A stretch of 64,000 nt of DNA from an uncultured Gammaproteobacteria bacterium (lineage in GTDB: Bacteria > Patescibacteriota > Microgenomatia > Levybacterales > UBA12049), in assembly GCA_964497535.1 (NCBI GenBank), contig CAZCCG010000002.1, positions 234,972-298,971 on the forward strand, in the 5' to 3' direction. Under the pieces are notes generated by a model. It had not been told where the DNA came from and made no database searches. It saw only the letters and a list, made by a program, of their open reading frames with translations. Positions 20,769 to 31,008 of this stretch are shown piece after piece (positions within the stretch are counted from its first letter, which is position 1; each line of letters opens with the position of its first letter). The position numbers and the translations under genes are program-made.

Positions 20769-21745
20769 TGATTCTTATGACCATTGATATGCCACTTCCA
20801 GGCTGTTTGTACAATAGTCTCAATATCTGAATGAGCAGGAGCAAATCCCAGTTCATTTTTAATCTTAGTAGAATCAGCAATTAATGTATCAGCATCGCCG
20901 GGACGTCTGGATACTATCTTTACAGTAAGCTTTTGTCCAGTAACCCGTTCTACTGTATCAATTACTTCTTTATTGGAATAACCATTTCCTGTCCCTACGT
21001 TGTAGATAAATGATCCCTGGTCTTTATCAATCTTACCCAAAGCGAGAATATGTGCTTCTACCAAATCTAATACATGGATATAATCCCGAACGCATGTTCC
21101 GTCTTTTGTTTTATAATCATCACCATATAACGTGAAATCAGATTTATTCAAGATTGACCGAATAATACTTGGGATTAAATGAGATTCCGGCTCATGGTCT
21201 TCACCCATTGAACCGTCAAGTGCGGCTCCTGCAGCATTGAAATATCTCAGACATACGGAGTTTATTCCATGTATATCCCCATACCAACGAAGAATTTGTT
21301 CAACCATTAATTTACTTTCACCGTAGGGATTCGTGGGCTTTTTTGAGTGATCTTCAGTAATAGGTATTTTAGTAGGGTTTCCATATACCCCGGCTGTTGA
21401 AGAAAAGATAAATTTCTTAACCCCTTTTTCTTGCATTTTATCCAATAGTTTCACCGAAACCATTGTATTATCAAGAAAATACATACCCGGGTTTTCCATG
21501 GATTCTCCCATCGATATAAAACCGGCAAAGTGAATTACTGCATCAAAATAATGATGACCAAACAAACTCGTGAGGAATTGTTCATCAGAAAGATCCCCAA
21601 CTTCAAGCGGCGCCCGCTTATCAACAAAAGCTCTATGTCCTCGAACCAGACTATCTGCAACGATAACCTGATGCCCCTCATCAAGCAAGCGTTTTACCAT
21701 GAAACTACCAATATATCCGGCTCCTCCTGTTAGAAGTATTTTCAT
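20765..21745 (-). CDS. galE: UDP-glucose 4-epimerase.
   Basis: KILLTGGAGYIGSFMV Rossmann. NPYGESKLMVEQIL is near-identical to the E. coli GalE SPYGKSKLMVEQIL catalytic region. 326 aa. Confidence 0.85.
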   Translation of the reverse strand: MKILLTGGAGYIGSFMVKRLLDEGHQVIVADSLVRGHRAFVDKRAPLEVGDLSDEQFLTSLFGHHYFDAVIHFAGFISMGESMENPGMYFLDNTMVSVKLLDKMQEKGVKKFIFSSTAGVYGNPTKIPITEDHSKKPTNPYGESKLMVEQILRWYGDIHGINSVCLRYFNAAGAALDGSMGEDHEPESHLIPSIIRSILNKSDFTLYGDDYKTKDGTCVRDYIHVLDLVEAHILALGKIDKDQGSFIYNVGTGNGYSNKEVIDTVERVTGQKLTVKIVSRRPGDADTLIADSTKIKNELGFAPAHSDIETIVQTAWKWHINGHKNQ

Positions 21746-21766
21746 ATACTCTCCCTCTATTATACC

Positions 21767-22345
21767 TTATTTCGCACAAAAATAAGCAGTCGTACCCAAA
21801 GCTGTCACATAATAAAGGACAGCAATAATAACTGTACCCAAAAGTGTAAGAACAACAACGCGTGTATTTTTTTTCTGGAGAAAATTCCACCACCCATAGG
21901 CAGATATGATAAGAAAGACACCCGTAAGTACTACTCTGGAAAACATATACGAAGCATTGGGAAATAACACTATAACTATCGGTAAAAGAACAATTGCGGT
22001 AAAACTAAATTTAATAGTATTTCTTTTCTCCTGGAGGATGTACCAAAAGGCAAATAAAATACCTACCAGTCCTAGAATTGAGACTAAATCTATAATAAGT
22101 CTAAAATCCCATAACAATATATATTTCTTTATAAGGTCGCTGACCCCAAGAGTAAGTTTATTATGAAAAAAGCGAATAATAACAAAAGGGACACCTTCAT
22201 CATTGTGAATAACATCATCAAGCTGAAGCGCTAGATCAGAGAAAGAGAATGGAGTAATAAATTTAAAATTGCTACAAGCTTTCCACAAAAATTGTGAAAG
22301 CAGCTCAAAACATATAATAAAGGGAATAAATATCTTTTTATTCAT
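21767..22345 (-). CDS. Small membrane protein (about 192 aa; N-terminal soluble segment plus 3-4 TM), function unknown.
   Basis: ORF inside the operon. Start placed at MNKKIF, which gives an 8-nt ATGAATAA overlap with the upstream gene's stop. The track's longer start, 22366, is also possible. Confidence 0.5.
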   Translation of the reverse strand: MNKKIFIPFIICFELLSQFLWKACSNFKFITPFSFSDLALQLDDVIHNDEGVPFVIIRFFHNKLTLGVSDLIKKYILLWDFRLIIDLVSILGLVGILFAFWYILQEKRNTIKFSFTAIVLLPIVIVLFPNASYMFSRVVLTGVFLIISAYGWWNFLQKKNTRVVVLTLLGTVIIAVLYYVTALGTTAYFCAK

Positions 22346-23900
22346 AGAGCGTCCAGAATTTAGCAAATGGGTCTTTATTCAAATTCTTGAAATAAACCGT
22401 ATCTATAAGTTTTCCATGGGCTCGGATTGCCGCATTTCGGACCCATAATATCTGTTTTTTATCCAAATTCATGGGAGGTACCCATGTGATCGATACATAT
22501 TCAGGATGGATAGTTTCATCATAGAATTTAACATAAATATCAGAATCTCCCAATGATTGATCAATAACAATGTATTTATATTTATTTTTATACTGTCCAA
22601 TTTTTTGTATTGTTTCTTTATACCCTGCCCCCCAATCCAGACTGTTATTCTTGGGGTAATGGATATAATAAAAATGAAAGTATGACAATACTTCATACAC
22701 AGCACATAACAAAAAGCATACTATTAAGATTTTTCTGATTTTTCCTTTTGACAAAAAGAAAAGATACATCATTGAACAGGATACAAAGATAGTACACGGA
22801 ATAACTGCAAGCAGAAAACGAAGAGAATGAGGACTTGGCTGAGCCAGCGAACCCGGCACAGCAGCAAGAAATAAGAGATAGAAAAGAAGAATACTGTTCT
22901 TATTTGAATTTTTAAGACATACGTAGATTCCAAAAATAAGGAATGGCAATTCCCATATATAGAGCAGCCCAAAATTTGGTATCTGATGTCTCCCAATCCC
23001 GTCTCCCGATATAAATAAAAATTGCATAGAATAGAACGAAATAAAGTTTTTGACATAGACAGCGGGATATACTGTTAGCTTTCGGGTTGTAGATATCTTT
23101 TGATGCTGCGTAAAAGTTGAAGTCTGAGAAAAACGTCGTTGTCCAGCATCGGTAAGACTAAACTGAATCATTGGTAGTGACAGTACAAATGCAATAATAA
23201 ATACAAAAAGAACATTTTTCCATTGTCTCTCCTGCCAAAAAAGGTATCCCATCATATAAAAAAGCGTGAATGGAGTAATAACTCGATATGCAAAATAAGC
23301 GTACATAGCAAGTATCACAAAAAATACTGAGAAAAAAAGAATTGCTATATTTTTACGCTCGGCAAAATATAAGAAAAAGGTTAATCCTACCAGAAAGAAA
23401 AATAATGCAAGCGTTGCCTCAAATCCTCCCCGTGAAAATTGTAAATGCCATGGAGTAATGCTCAAGACAAATGAACTAAGTAACGCCACATATTCTTTCT
23501 TCTGGGTAAGAATATTTTTCTTTTTACCTTTTTTTGTAGACAATAATTTTTCTACAAAAAAGTATAAAGCCAATACCGTTAAAGATCCTGCTATGGCAGA
23601 GGGTAGTCGTACAGCAACTTCAGTTTTGCCAAATACCTTCATAGAAGCCGCAACAGAATAGATATAAAGGGGTAATTTATACTCTCCGAACGCCTTAAAG
23701 AATACCGGATGAGGAACTGAATATTCATCTTTCCCGGTAGTAAGAACTTTGTAGGCATTATATCCAATAGATGCCTCATCAAGATATAATCCGGGAGGAT
23801 TTACGTCAATTTTATAAATACGAAGAAACCCGGCTAACAAAACGATTAGCAATAACAAAATGTACCGATAATGAATAATCTTATTACTTATTTCGTACAT
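22338..23900 (-). CDS. GT39/PMT-like (COG1807, ArnT/PMT family) GT-C glycosyltransferase, paralog 1.
   Basis: First-loop signature LYLDEASIGYNAYKVLTTGKDEYSVPHPVFFKAFGEYKLPLYIY...GKTEVAVRLPSAIAGSL (DE motif, KPPLY-like, RLPSA). 520 aa, multi-TM. Confidence 0.8.
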   Translation of the reverse strand: MYEISNKIIHYRYILLLLIVLLAGFLRIYKIDVNPPGLYLDEASIGYNAYKVLTTGKDEYSVPHPVFFKAFGEYKLPLYIYSVAASMKVFGKTEVAVRLPSAIAGSLTVLALYFFVEKLLSTKKGKKKNILTQKKEYVALLSSFVLSITPWHLQFSRGGFEATLALFFFLVGLTFFLYFAERKNIAILFFSVFFVILAMYAYFAYRVITPFTLFYMMGYLFWQERQWKNVLFVFIIAFVLSLPMIQFSLTDAGQRRFSQTSTFTQHQKISTTRKLTVYPAVYVKNFISFYSMQFLFISGDGIGRHQIPNFGLLYIWELPFLIFGIYVCLKNSNKNSILLFYLLFLAAVPGSLAQPSPHSLRFLLAVIPCTIFVSCSMMYLFFLSKGKIRKILIVCFLLCAVYEVLSYFHFYYIHYPKNNSLDWGAGYKETIQKIGQYKNKYKYIVIDQSLGDSDIYVKFYDETIHPEYVSITWVPPMNLDKKQILWVRNAAIRAHGKLIDTVYFKNLNKDPFAKFWTLYE

Positions 23901-24645
23901 ATTTGATATAACTTACAGGAAACCGCAGTCCTGAGAAAAAAGCGAAAATAAAACCTTGCCAGCCGTCCATAAAACCTTTATGCCTGAAATAAATCAAGAA
24001 AAACCACCAGAACGGCGATACCAGTAAATAGCTGAAGAATGTACCCACATGTATCGTAGGCTCTTTCTCGGCAAGTTGCCGTGCCATAAGACTGGTATAT
24101 CGTTGCCATCTCAGAACATAGCGGGAAAAACTCGGATCTGCAATATGTATTAAAGGATTTTTTAAGTACCCTACTTTACCATCAACAATTGCCTGTTCGT
24201 GAACATCTTTTTGTGGCAATCGTCCTTTCCCCTTCTTATATAACCTGAGGGTATAATCCGGATACTGTCCCCCTTTCATCAAAAATCTTCCAAGGAACCA
24301 ATTTTTACGCGGCATCCAATATCCATTTATCTTTGCATCAGGATGAGCAAGAATATGCTCAATTTCTTTCCCAAGCTCTCTTGATACTCTCTCATCCGCG
24401 TCAAGCTGCAAAATCCAATCAGACATTGCCATATCAATAGCTTTTTGTTTGTTGATATGAAATACGGGAGGGTTATCAGTTATGACAACTTTTGCTCCGT
24501 ATTTTTTGGCAATCTCAACAGTTTTATCGGTTGAAGTCCCATCAACAATTACTATTTCTTTGGCAATATCTTTAATAGAATCCAAACAAACGGGTAGATT
24601 TTTCTCCTCGTTAAATGTGGCCAGCACTACTGATACAGTTTGCAT
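23884..24645 (-). CDS. Glycosyltransferase family 2 (paralog of 39568-40320).
   Basis: VSVVLATFNEEKNLPVCLDSI...IVIVDGTSTDKTVEIA...DADERV. Confidence 0.85.
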   Translation of the reverse strand: MQTVSVVLATFNEEKNLPVCLDSIKDIAKEIVIVDGTSTDKTVEIAKKYGAKVVITDNPPVFHINKQKAIDMAMSDWILQLDADERVSRELGKEIEHILAHPDAKINGYWMPRKNWFLGRFLMKGGQYPDYTLRLYKKGKGRLPQKDVHEQAIVDGKVGYLKNPLIHIADPSFSRYVLRWQRYTSLMARQLAEKEPTIHVGTFFSYLLVSPFWWFFLIYFRHKGFMDGWQGFIFAFFSGLRFPVSYIKYVRNK

Positions 24646-24665
24646 AAAACTCCCTAAATAGCATG

Positions 24666-26171
24666 TTATCGACCTTGTCTTTTTTCAACAGTAATATTTC
24701 CGGTAAATACTTTATCCCATGTTACAGTTCCTGTTTTAATTACTGTTTCTTTCCATCCTTTTGGAGCTAATGGACGCTCGGGATCAGGTTCGATTATGAG
24801 ATAGAACAATCCATCTTTACTTTTTCCCGGGACATAATTATACATTCGTGTGCCTGCCCACCAAAACAAATATTGATATGCATAATCATATACGGGAGGC
24901 GTATATACGAATACGCTAAACGGCTTTCCTTTTGCATCTTTATAAAGATAATTGATAACATTCATTTCATTTTTAAATATTCCGGTTCCCTGGTCATCAT
25001 ACACTGGAAATGTATGATATGAATTAATGGTAATTACTGCCCACAAAATAAGGAATAGAAAAACACTAGCCTTGAGGAATATATGGAGTCGGGCAATTTG
25101 AGATAACGAATACGCAACAAAAAAGTAATAAGAGACTTGGATGCCTATCCAATACCAAGCCCATGCAGGTCGAGGGAAAAAAATGAATAAGCTATAGTAC
25201 AAAACAGGAGCGATTAAAAACAGAATAAGAATTCTCAAATGGTCTGTTTGTTTTTTTACAATAGTATATGCAGTGTATAAAACACCACTTATCAGAAAAA
25301 GATATGCAATCAATTGATTGTTGGATAAGGCAAATACTGTTGCCCGCAAAACCTCATCCAACCGAAGACTCAACCGTATATTGAAAGGAATAACCGCCCC
25401 CAGACTCTGATTTTTACCTTCAAATAAAGCAACAATTGATTGTGTCATAAGAAACTGATGACGAAGATCAAATAATACTTGTGGAAGAAATAGTACTCCA
25501 TATACGACTCCTCCAATATAAAACCACTTATTCAAAAATGCTTTTCGATCCAAAATCAGGTAGGATACTACCAGAACTGGAAGCATCCATAACCCGTCTG
25601 CAACCTCAAGCTGAGCCATCAGTCCTGCAAAAAACCAAGTGGCAACAAGATATTTTTTATTACCATATATACTTTTGTAAAGAGATATATAGAACAATAT
25701 CATAAGAAATGGAATCCAATGAGGATTCCAAAAATGCTGAGAAAAAGCAATAGAAGCAGGCGCGATAGCAAAAAAAAGTGCTGCAATAATGCCAAATTGC
25801 CGGCTAGCAATTTGTTTACCAAACATATAACAGATAATAACCCCCACTACTCCTAACAGCGCCATAAATACGGTTCCTGAAGCAGGATGGCCATTCCCAA
25901 TGATTGAGGCAATTGCAAGAAGATAATAATGATAGGGACCTTGGAAAACTCCCTGGATACCGGTAAATGGTCCAATGAGTGTTGGTTTATGATCCACAAT
26001 AATTTTATTGACATCTAGAAGATCTCTACCGTGATCAAAAAGGAATGGAAAATTTCCGGTAACAATTGGGGTAAAACGCACTACTGCTGTCAGGATAACC
26101 AATACTAACACAAGGAGATAATCAACCTTATGATTTTTAATTTCTTTTTGGATATGTTTAAATAATTTCAT
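24666..26171 (-). CDS. 'Family B' polytopic membrane protein, paralog 1. Probable divergent GT-C glycosyltransferase, unassigned family.
   Basis: 501 aa, about 12 TM. N-terminal loop FDHGRDLLDVNKIIVDHKPTLIGPFTGIQGVFQGPYHYY is shared with 29469-30956 and 32689-34182. Confidence 0.6.
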   Translation of the reverse strand: MKLFKHIQKEIKNHKVDYLLVLVLVILTAVVRFTPIVTGNFPFLFDHGRDLLDVNKIIVDHKPTLIGPFTGIQGVFQGPYHYYLLAIASIIGNGHPASGTVFMALLGVVGVIICYMFGKQIASRQFGIIAALFFAIAPASIAFSQHFWNPHWIPFLMILFYISLYKSIYGNKKYLVATWFFAGLMAQLEVADGLWMLPVLVVSYLILDRKAFLNKWFYIGGVVYGVLFLPQVLFDLRHQFLMTQSIVALFEGKNQSLGAVIPFNIRLSLRLDEVLRATVFALSNNQLIAYLFLISGVLYTAYTIVKKQTDHLRILILFLIAPVLYYSLFIFFPRPAWAWYWIGIQVSYYFFVAYSLSQIARLHIFLKASVFLFLILWAVITINSYHTFPVYDDQGTGIFKNEMNVINYLYKDAKGKPFSVFVYTPPVYDYAYQYLFWWAGTRMYNYVPGKSKDGLFYLIIEPDPERPLAPKGWKETVIKTGTVTWDKVFTGNITVEKRQGR

Positions 26172-26207
26172 AGTCGAATTGTAAGCAAACCCTGCAATAA
26201 AAGCAAC

Positions 26208-27851
26208 TTACTTTCCAGGTGCAATGACCATAGCAGGTTTACCATTCAAATAATTTATTATTTCTACCGACATAACGTCTTTGGGAAATTCATCAACACT
26301 TCCTACATACAGAGTGTCCTTTTGTGAATCTGCATAGTTAAATGCTTTAAATTCATACTTTGAGAAGGAGTGATTTGATCGTTGTTCCTGTTGATATTTC
26401 AAAGGAGGATATTTAAGATAATAGAGAAAAAAGATATATGATTGATCCAATGGCTGTTTATCCGAGATTATAATATGATTGTATTTGCCTTGGATATTGT
26501 TTACCTGACCAACCACCTGTTGATATCCATACTGCCAGTCCTGTGAGCTAAAGTAATTATACTGGACAAAATATTGCAACATATAATAGATTATATTCCC
26601 TACAATGAGAGTAACGAAAACTGCTCCGATACCTTTTACCACCACTGCTTGCTTCCCTGTGCTTTCTTTTACCCATAGTGCAGTTTGGAATGCTCCCAAA
26701 GCTATAAGAATTTGTACCATGGGAAGAAAATTAAGAACTCTCACGGCATTGGGTACATCCCAGGTTACAGATGAAGCAATTGGGGTAATAAGAATCCAGC
26801 CGAATATGATATATTTTGTCTTCCTATCTACCGTTATAAAAAGCAGCATATATATCCCGATCAAAAGGAAGGGTAATTCAAATAAATAGAGATGGCCCAT
26901 AAAAGGCGGTTGATGTCTTCCAGTCTTATCCCCTACGATAAATAACCAATTTGGGTCAAAGTGGGATAAGTAGTTTCCAATAATAACGGGGATATAAGAA
27001 AGTTTTTGGCTACTGAGTATTTCTCCGATACCATTGCCTTCCTGTTTATTTATAACCTGACGTTTAGCTATCCGCTCAATTGTTGCATTTGGATTATTAA
27101 AAATACTTACTCCTGCAGCTCTTGAAAAAGCATTGGGATTTGAAATAACAAAAAGAAGCATTGGAAGAAGAATAATAATTCCCGACAAAATAACGAATCC
27201 GAGCGTTTTATGGGAGACTTTCAACAATTGTTTCCCATATAGATACAAAAGCAGAACTCCAACAAGAGGAATGAAAATCTTTTCACTCTGATATGCATAA
27301 ATACTGAGTGCAAAAAATATGATAGACGGCAAAAGGAAAACAGATCGCTTGAGACCTTTGAGAAAAAATAGTAATCCAAAAACATTTAAAGATAATCCAA
27401 TATTAGATTCAAATGCCACACGGCTAAACTGAATATGCCAGGGAGATAGGGCCAAAAATAGAGCACTGAACAAAGCCAGAACTTCCCCACGTTTGTATTG
27501 TTTTAAAGGAAATAATTCCTTTACCAAAAAATATGTTGCCAAAACAGTCAAAATGCCAAAGATTGCAGACGGTAAACGTACAGCAGTTGTCGTAAGCCCC
27601 AGTATTTGGACGAAGGGTATTGCTAAATAGGTATATAAAGCAGGTTTGTAATCTCCAAAGGAACGCAAGACTACCGGTAAAAAGGTTCCGTATTCATCTT
27701 TTCCCGTCTGGCTGATTGAATAAGCGTTGTATCCCAGCGATACTTCATCCCAATCAGGAGATATAGGTATGCTACCCAATTGATAGAACCTCAAAATTGC
27801 AGCTATTACAAGAATACATCCCAGAAATAGAACGGTTACCTTTTTATTCAT
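26208..27851 (-). CDS. GT39/PMT-like GT-C glycosyltransferase, paralog 2.
   Basis: PDWDEVSLGYNAYSISQTGKDEYGTFLPVVLRSFGDYKPALYTY...TTAVRLPSAIFGIL. 547 aa. Confidence 0.8.
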   Translation of the reverse strand: MNKKVTVLFLGCILVIAAILRFYQLGSIPISPDWDEVSLGYNAYSISQTGKDEYGTFLPVVLRSFGDYKPALYTYLAIPFVQILGLTTTAVRLPSAIFGILTVLATYFLVKELFPLKQYKRGEVLALFSALFLALSPWHIQFSRVAFESNIGLSLNVFGLLFFLKGLKRSVFLLPSIIFFALSIYAYQSEKIFIPLVGVLLLYLYGKQLLKVSHKTLGFVILSGIIILLPMLLFVISNPNAFSRAAGVSIFNNPNATIERIAKRQVINKQEGNGIGEILSSQKLSYIPVIIGNYLSHFDPNWLFIVGDKTGRHQPPFMGHLYLFELPFLLIGIYMLLFITVDRKTKYIIFGWILITPIASSVTWDVPNAVRVLNFLPMVQILIALGAFQTALWVKESTGKQAVVVKGIGAVFVTLIVGNIIYYMLQYFVQYNYFSSQDWQYGYQQVVGQVNNIQGKYNHIIISDKQPLDQSYIFFLYYLKYPPLKYQQEQRSNHSFSKYEFKAFNYADSQKDTLYVGSVDEFPKDVMSVEIINYLNGKPAMVIAPGK

Positions 27852-29472
27852 ATATTATAAGGGTATCTCTTTCATTTTTTAGATCAATTGATTTACGTAT
27901 GTTAACTCCTGCCGATTGTTTGCCTTTTAAATCAACATAGAGATTTTTTCCTGATATTGGAGATGGACTAGAATCAAGGAAATGATACTTCCCTACTTGT
28001 GATACGGTGACGAATCCATAGGTATCGCGCGTTACTTTGGAATCATTCCTCAAGGTTTGAGGATTTAACTTAAGATAAAATAAATAATAGATATAGGGTC
28101 TGCCTAAATAGGAAGAGATATAAATGGTGCGATATTCTCCCTGAACTTTCTGTACATACGCAATTGCTTGTTTGTATCCATATTGCCACTCGGATGCGTA
28201 CTCATTACTATAGTACGTATAATAGTTATACAAAAAATAAAAAACATTTACTGCTAATATCACTCCTATAATCCCACGTATAACTGTTACTTTCTTTTTT
28301 GGAAGCCACGCGGACAATGTATATACCCCATAGGCTATCAGTATTTGGAACATTGGTACTGTTGCCTCTGTACGAAGTGCGTGGGGAGTTTCACGAGCTG
28401 TGGCAGCCGGTATTATACCGATTACAATCCAGATAGGAATCAACCACCAATATCCTTCCCTTTTTCTAAAAAGAACTAGTATGCCGATAAGAAGAAAGGG
28501 TAAATCCCACAGATATAACTGCCCAATATCTTGTGTAGAGAATTTTGGATTCATATCCCCATGAATAAAAAGATAGGTGGGATTGAAATGGTCGAAATAA
28601 TGTTTGAGATATTCAATTGAATATTGTAATCGTCTGTTATAAATAATTTTCGAGTACAATGAATTATTGTCATTTTGTATCTCCTGATTGCTGCGTTCTA
28701 TTACATCAAGATTTGAAAAAATATTAACTTCACGGAATCTTAAGCTTGCTTGTGGAGAAAGGAGAAACCTTACAGTAGGAGCAATAACAATCAACCCCAG
28801 TAAAGCAGCGACTATCACTTGTTTTTTCATAAACCATAATTTTTTATAAAAACCTATTGTCAAAACAAGAAGAAGTATCGGTACGACAATACGAGGAGTA
28901 TTAAAAGTGTAGAGAGATAAAACAAAAAAGAGTGCTGAAATTACGATACTCCATTTGTACCCATTGATGCTTCTCAAAAAAAGCCAGACGCCAGTTACTA
29001 TAAGAAATGTTGCGATATTCGCTTCAAAAGCAGCACGGGATAACATAATATGCCAGGGAGACAATGCTAATATTCCCGCTGCAATCAACCCTAGATATTT
29101 CCGTTTTCTTTTTTCTATCTTTGGGAATAACTCCTGCATGAGGAAAAATGTAATCAAAACTGTTAACGTACCAAAAAACGCTGAAGGAAATCGTACGGCA
29201 AATTCTGTCAAACCAAACAACTTAATAGGAATAATATCCAGATACGCATACACCGGCGGTTTAAAATCACCAAACGATTCCAAATAATCATACGGCAGAA
29301 ATCGGCCAAACTCATCTTTTCCATCAATTCCTAACGTATATGCGTTATATCCCCAGGCAACCTCATCCCAGGTAAGAGAAGGAGGTATCGATCCTAATTG
29401 ATAGAACCGGAGCAACCCTGCAACCAAAACAATACCAATCAAAATCCACTTTATTTTGTCCATATAATTCAT
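27844..29472 (-). CDS. GT39/PMT-like GT-C glycosyltransferase, paralog 3.
   Basis: LTWDEVAWGYNAYTLGIDGKDEFGRFLPYDYLESFGDFKPPVYAY...FAVRFPSAFFGTL. 542 aa. Confidence 0.8.
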   Translation of the reverse strand: MNYMDKIKWILIGIVLVAGLLRFYQLGSIPPSLTWDEVAWGYNAYTLGIDGKDEFGRFLPYDYLESFGDFKPPVYAYLDIIPIKLFGLTEFAVRFPSAFFGTLTVLITFFLMQELFPKIEKRKRKYLGLIAAGILALSPWHIMLSRAAFEANIATFLIVTGVWLFLRSINGYKWSIVISALFFVLSLYTFNTPRIVVPILLLVLTIGFYKKLWFMKKQVIVAALLGLIVIAPTVRFLLSPQASLRFREVNIFSNLDVIERSNQEIQNDNNSLYSKIIYNRRLQYSIEYLKHYFDHFNPTYLFIHGDMNPKFSTQDIGQLYLWDLPFLLIGILVLFRKREGYWWLIPIWIVIGIIPAATARETPHALRTEATVPMFQILIAYGVYTLSAWLPKKKVTVIRGIIGVILAVNVFYFLYNYYTYYSNEYASEWQYGYKQAIAYVQKVQGEYRTIYISSYLGRPYIYYLFYLKLNPQTLRNDSKVTRDTYGFVTVSQVGKYHFLDSSPSPISGKNLYVDLKGKQSAGVNIRKSIDLKNERDTLIIYE

Positions 29473-30956
29473 TTTTTATACCAATTCTGTCCTGAATTAT
29501 AAATTCCTTGAGGCGTTACAGACACCCACTTCTCTTTTTTCAAATTTGGGGGAAGCTTTTGCATATCAATCAACAAAAAACCTCCTTCATATCCCGGTAT
29601 GAGATATTGTTGGAATCTCCCTTTCTCAGAAAGGTCAGCATACCCTACCGCAAATCCTTTATCATTTATCTTGTTTGCTGCATCCAAATATAGTGATAAT
29701 GCCTGACTGTATGCGGAAGTATGAAATTGATAGTCATATATTGAGAACTTTTTGCCGGGATATTTCTTTAGTAAAAACTGCATTTGGGAGTCTGCTTGCT
29801 GGGGATTTACATTAAATGTATCTTTTGATATCTCACCACTATCTCTATATATACTTAGAATTATTATGAAGAGAAACAGCAGAATTCCTATAATTTTTTT
29901 CCACTGATATAGATAAAAAATAACCCAAGCGGTAATAAGAAGTATAAAGACATGAAGGAACACATAAAAGCTATCAAAAAGAGGTGTACGAGTGTATCGT
30001 AGAATTATAAACATAACAGGAACGCTGGTAAAAATAATCAGCCATTCTTTCTCTAGTTTCTTTTTATAAGAAGCATATCCGATAACCAAAATCGAAAGAG
30101 GAAATAATACATAACCCAATGGTAAAAAGCCTCCGATAATTGCCGACCAGGCAGTTGGGATAAATATGCCTATGAAGTTTTTCCAATTCCTACCCAATAC
30201 CTCAAAAGACGCTTTATTTTTCTCAAAAAAGTAATAATAAATCATATTATGGGTATTTTGGAAATTTCTTCCACTGTCTGAATAAAAAACAGGTGTCCAT
30301 GGTAACAAAAGTCCTACTCCTGCCAATAATAATCCCTTTATGCCGGGAAATTGGAAGATAATAATAGCCAAAAGCAACGGCATCAGTGCGATTCCTTGTA
30401 AATGAATCGAAGATGCAATCCCAATACTTAATGCTATGAAGAAAAAGTAACGCAGTTTTTTTGTTTTGATATATAAAACCATACAAAATACTGCAATAAA
30501 CGCAAACAAACTAATCGGCGATTGATTAGATAAATTCGCGGCTTGTGTAATTTGCGCAGTTGAAACTGCAGATAACCCTCCAAGAAGTAGTCCAAATGTT
30601 TTTCCTTTTAATTGAACTCCTAATAGAATCATTCCCACAATAAATAAAACATAGATACCAGTCAGAAATACCCACGGTGCAACTACCCATCCCATATTCC
30701 AAAATGCTCCAGTCATGACAAACCAATACCATTCTCCCCCGGTTTGAAACGGTCCGGCAGAAGAAAAGGGACCTAACAGGGGTAATTGAAATGACTCCAA
30801 AGCATATCGAGCCTCCAAAGCAAAATGAGCTTGATCTCCTCCCAAAACCCATCTATTACTATAGTTGTAAAAACGAAATAATAACCCTAAAAGGGTAATG
30901 ATAAAAGAGCAGAGGAAAAACCAATGTTTTTTAACACGTTTCAAAATCATATCCAT
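29469..30956 (-). CDS. 'Family B' polytopic membrane protein, paralog 2.
   Basis: 495 aa. LGGDQAHFALEARYALESFQLPLLGPFSSAGPFQTGGEWYW aligns with the loop of paralogs 1 and 3. 4-nt overlap with the downstream GT39 paralog. Confidence 0.6.
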   Translation of the reverse strand: MDMILKRVKKHWFFLCSFIITLLGLLFRFYNYSNRWVLGGDQAHFALEARYALESFQLPLLGPFSSAGPFQTGGEWYWFVMTGAFWNMGWVVAPWVFLTGIYVLFIVGMILLGVQLKGKTFGLLLGGLSAVSTAQITQAANLSNQSPISLFAFIAVFCMVLYIKTKKLRYFFFIALSIGIASSIHLQGIALMPLLLAIIIFQFPGIKGLLLAGVGLLLPWTPVFYSDSGRNFQNTHNMIYYYFFEKNKASFEVLGRNWKNFIGIFIPTAWSAIIGGFLPLGYVLFPLSILVIGYASYKKKLEKEWLIIFTSVPVMFIILRYTRTPLFDSFYVFLHVFILLITAWVIFYLYQWKKIIGILLFLFIIILSIYRDSGEISKDTFNVNPQQADSQMQFLLKKYPGKKFSIYDYQFHTSAYSQALSLYLDAANKINDKGFAVGYADLSEKGRFQQYLIPGYEGGFLLIDMQKLPPNLKKEKWVSVTPQGIYNSGQNWYKK

Positions 30957-31008
30957 GTAAATAAACTCATGATTATTATAGCATTCTTATTTTTAGTATG
31001 GTACTATA

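Noticed and set aside
30957-31008. Divergent promoter region between the family-B and GT39 paralog 4 genes (TTGAAA-like element)
   Set aside because: It is only 52 bp and AT-rich throughout. Several hexamers resemble -35/-10 boxes by chance, so I could not choose one with confidence.
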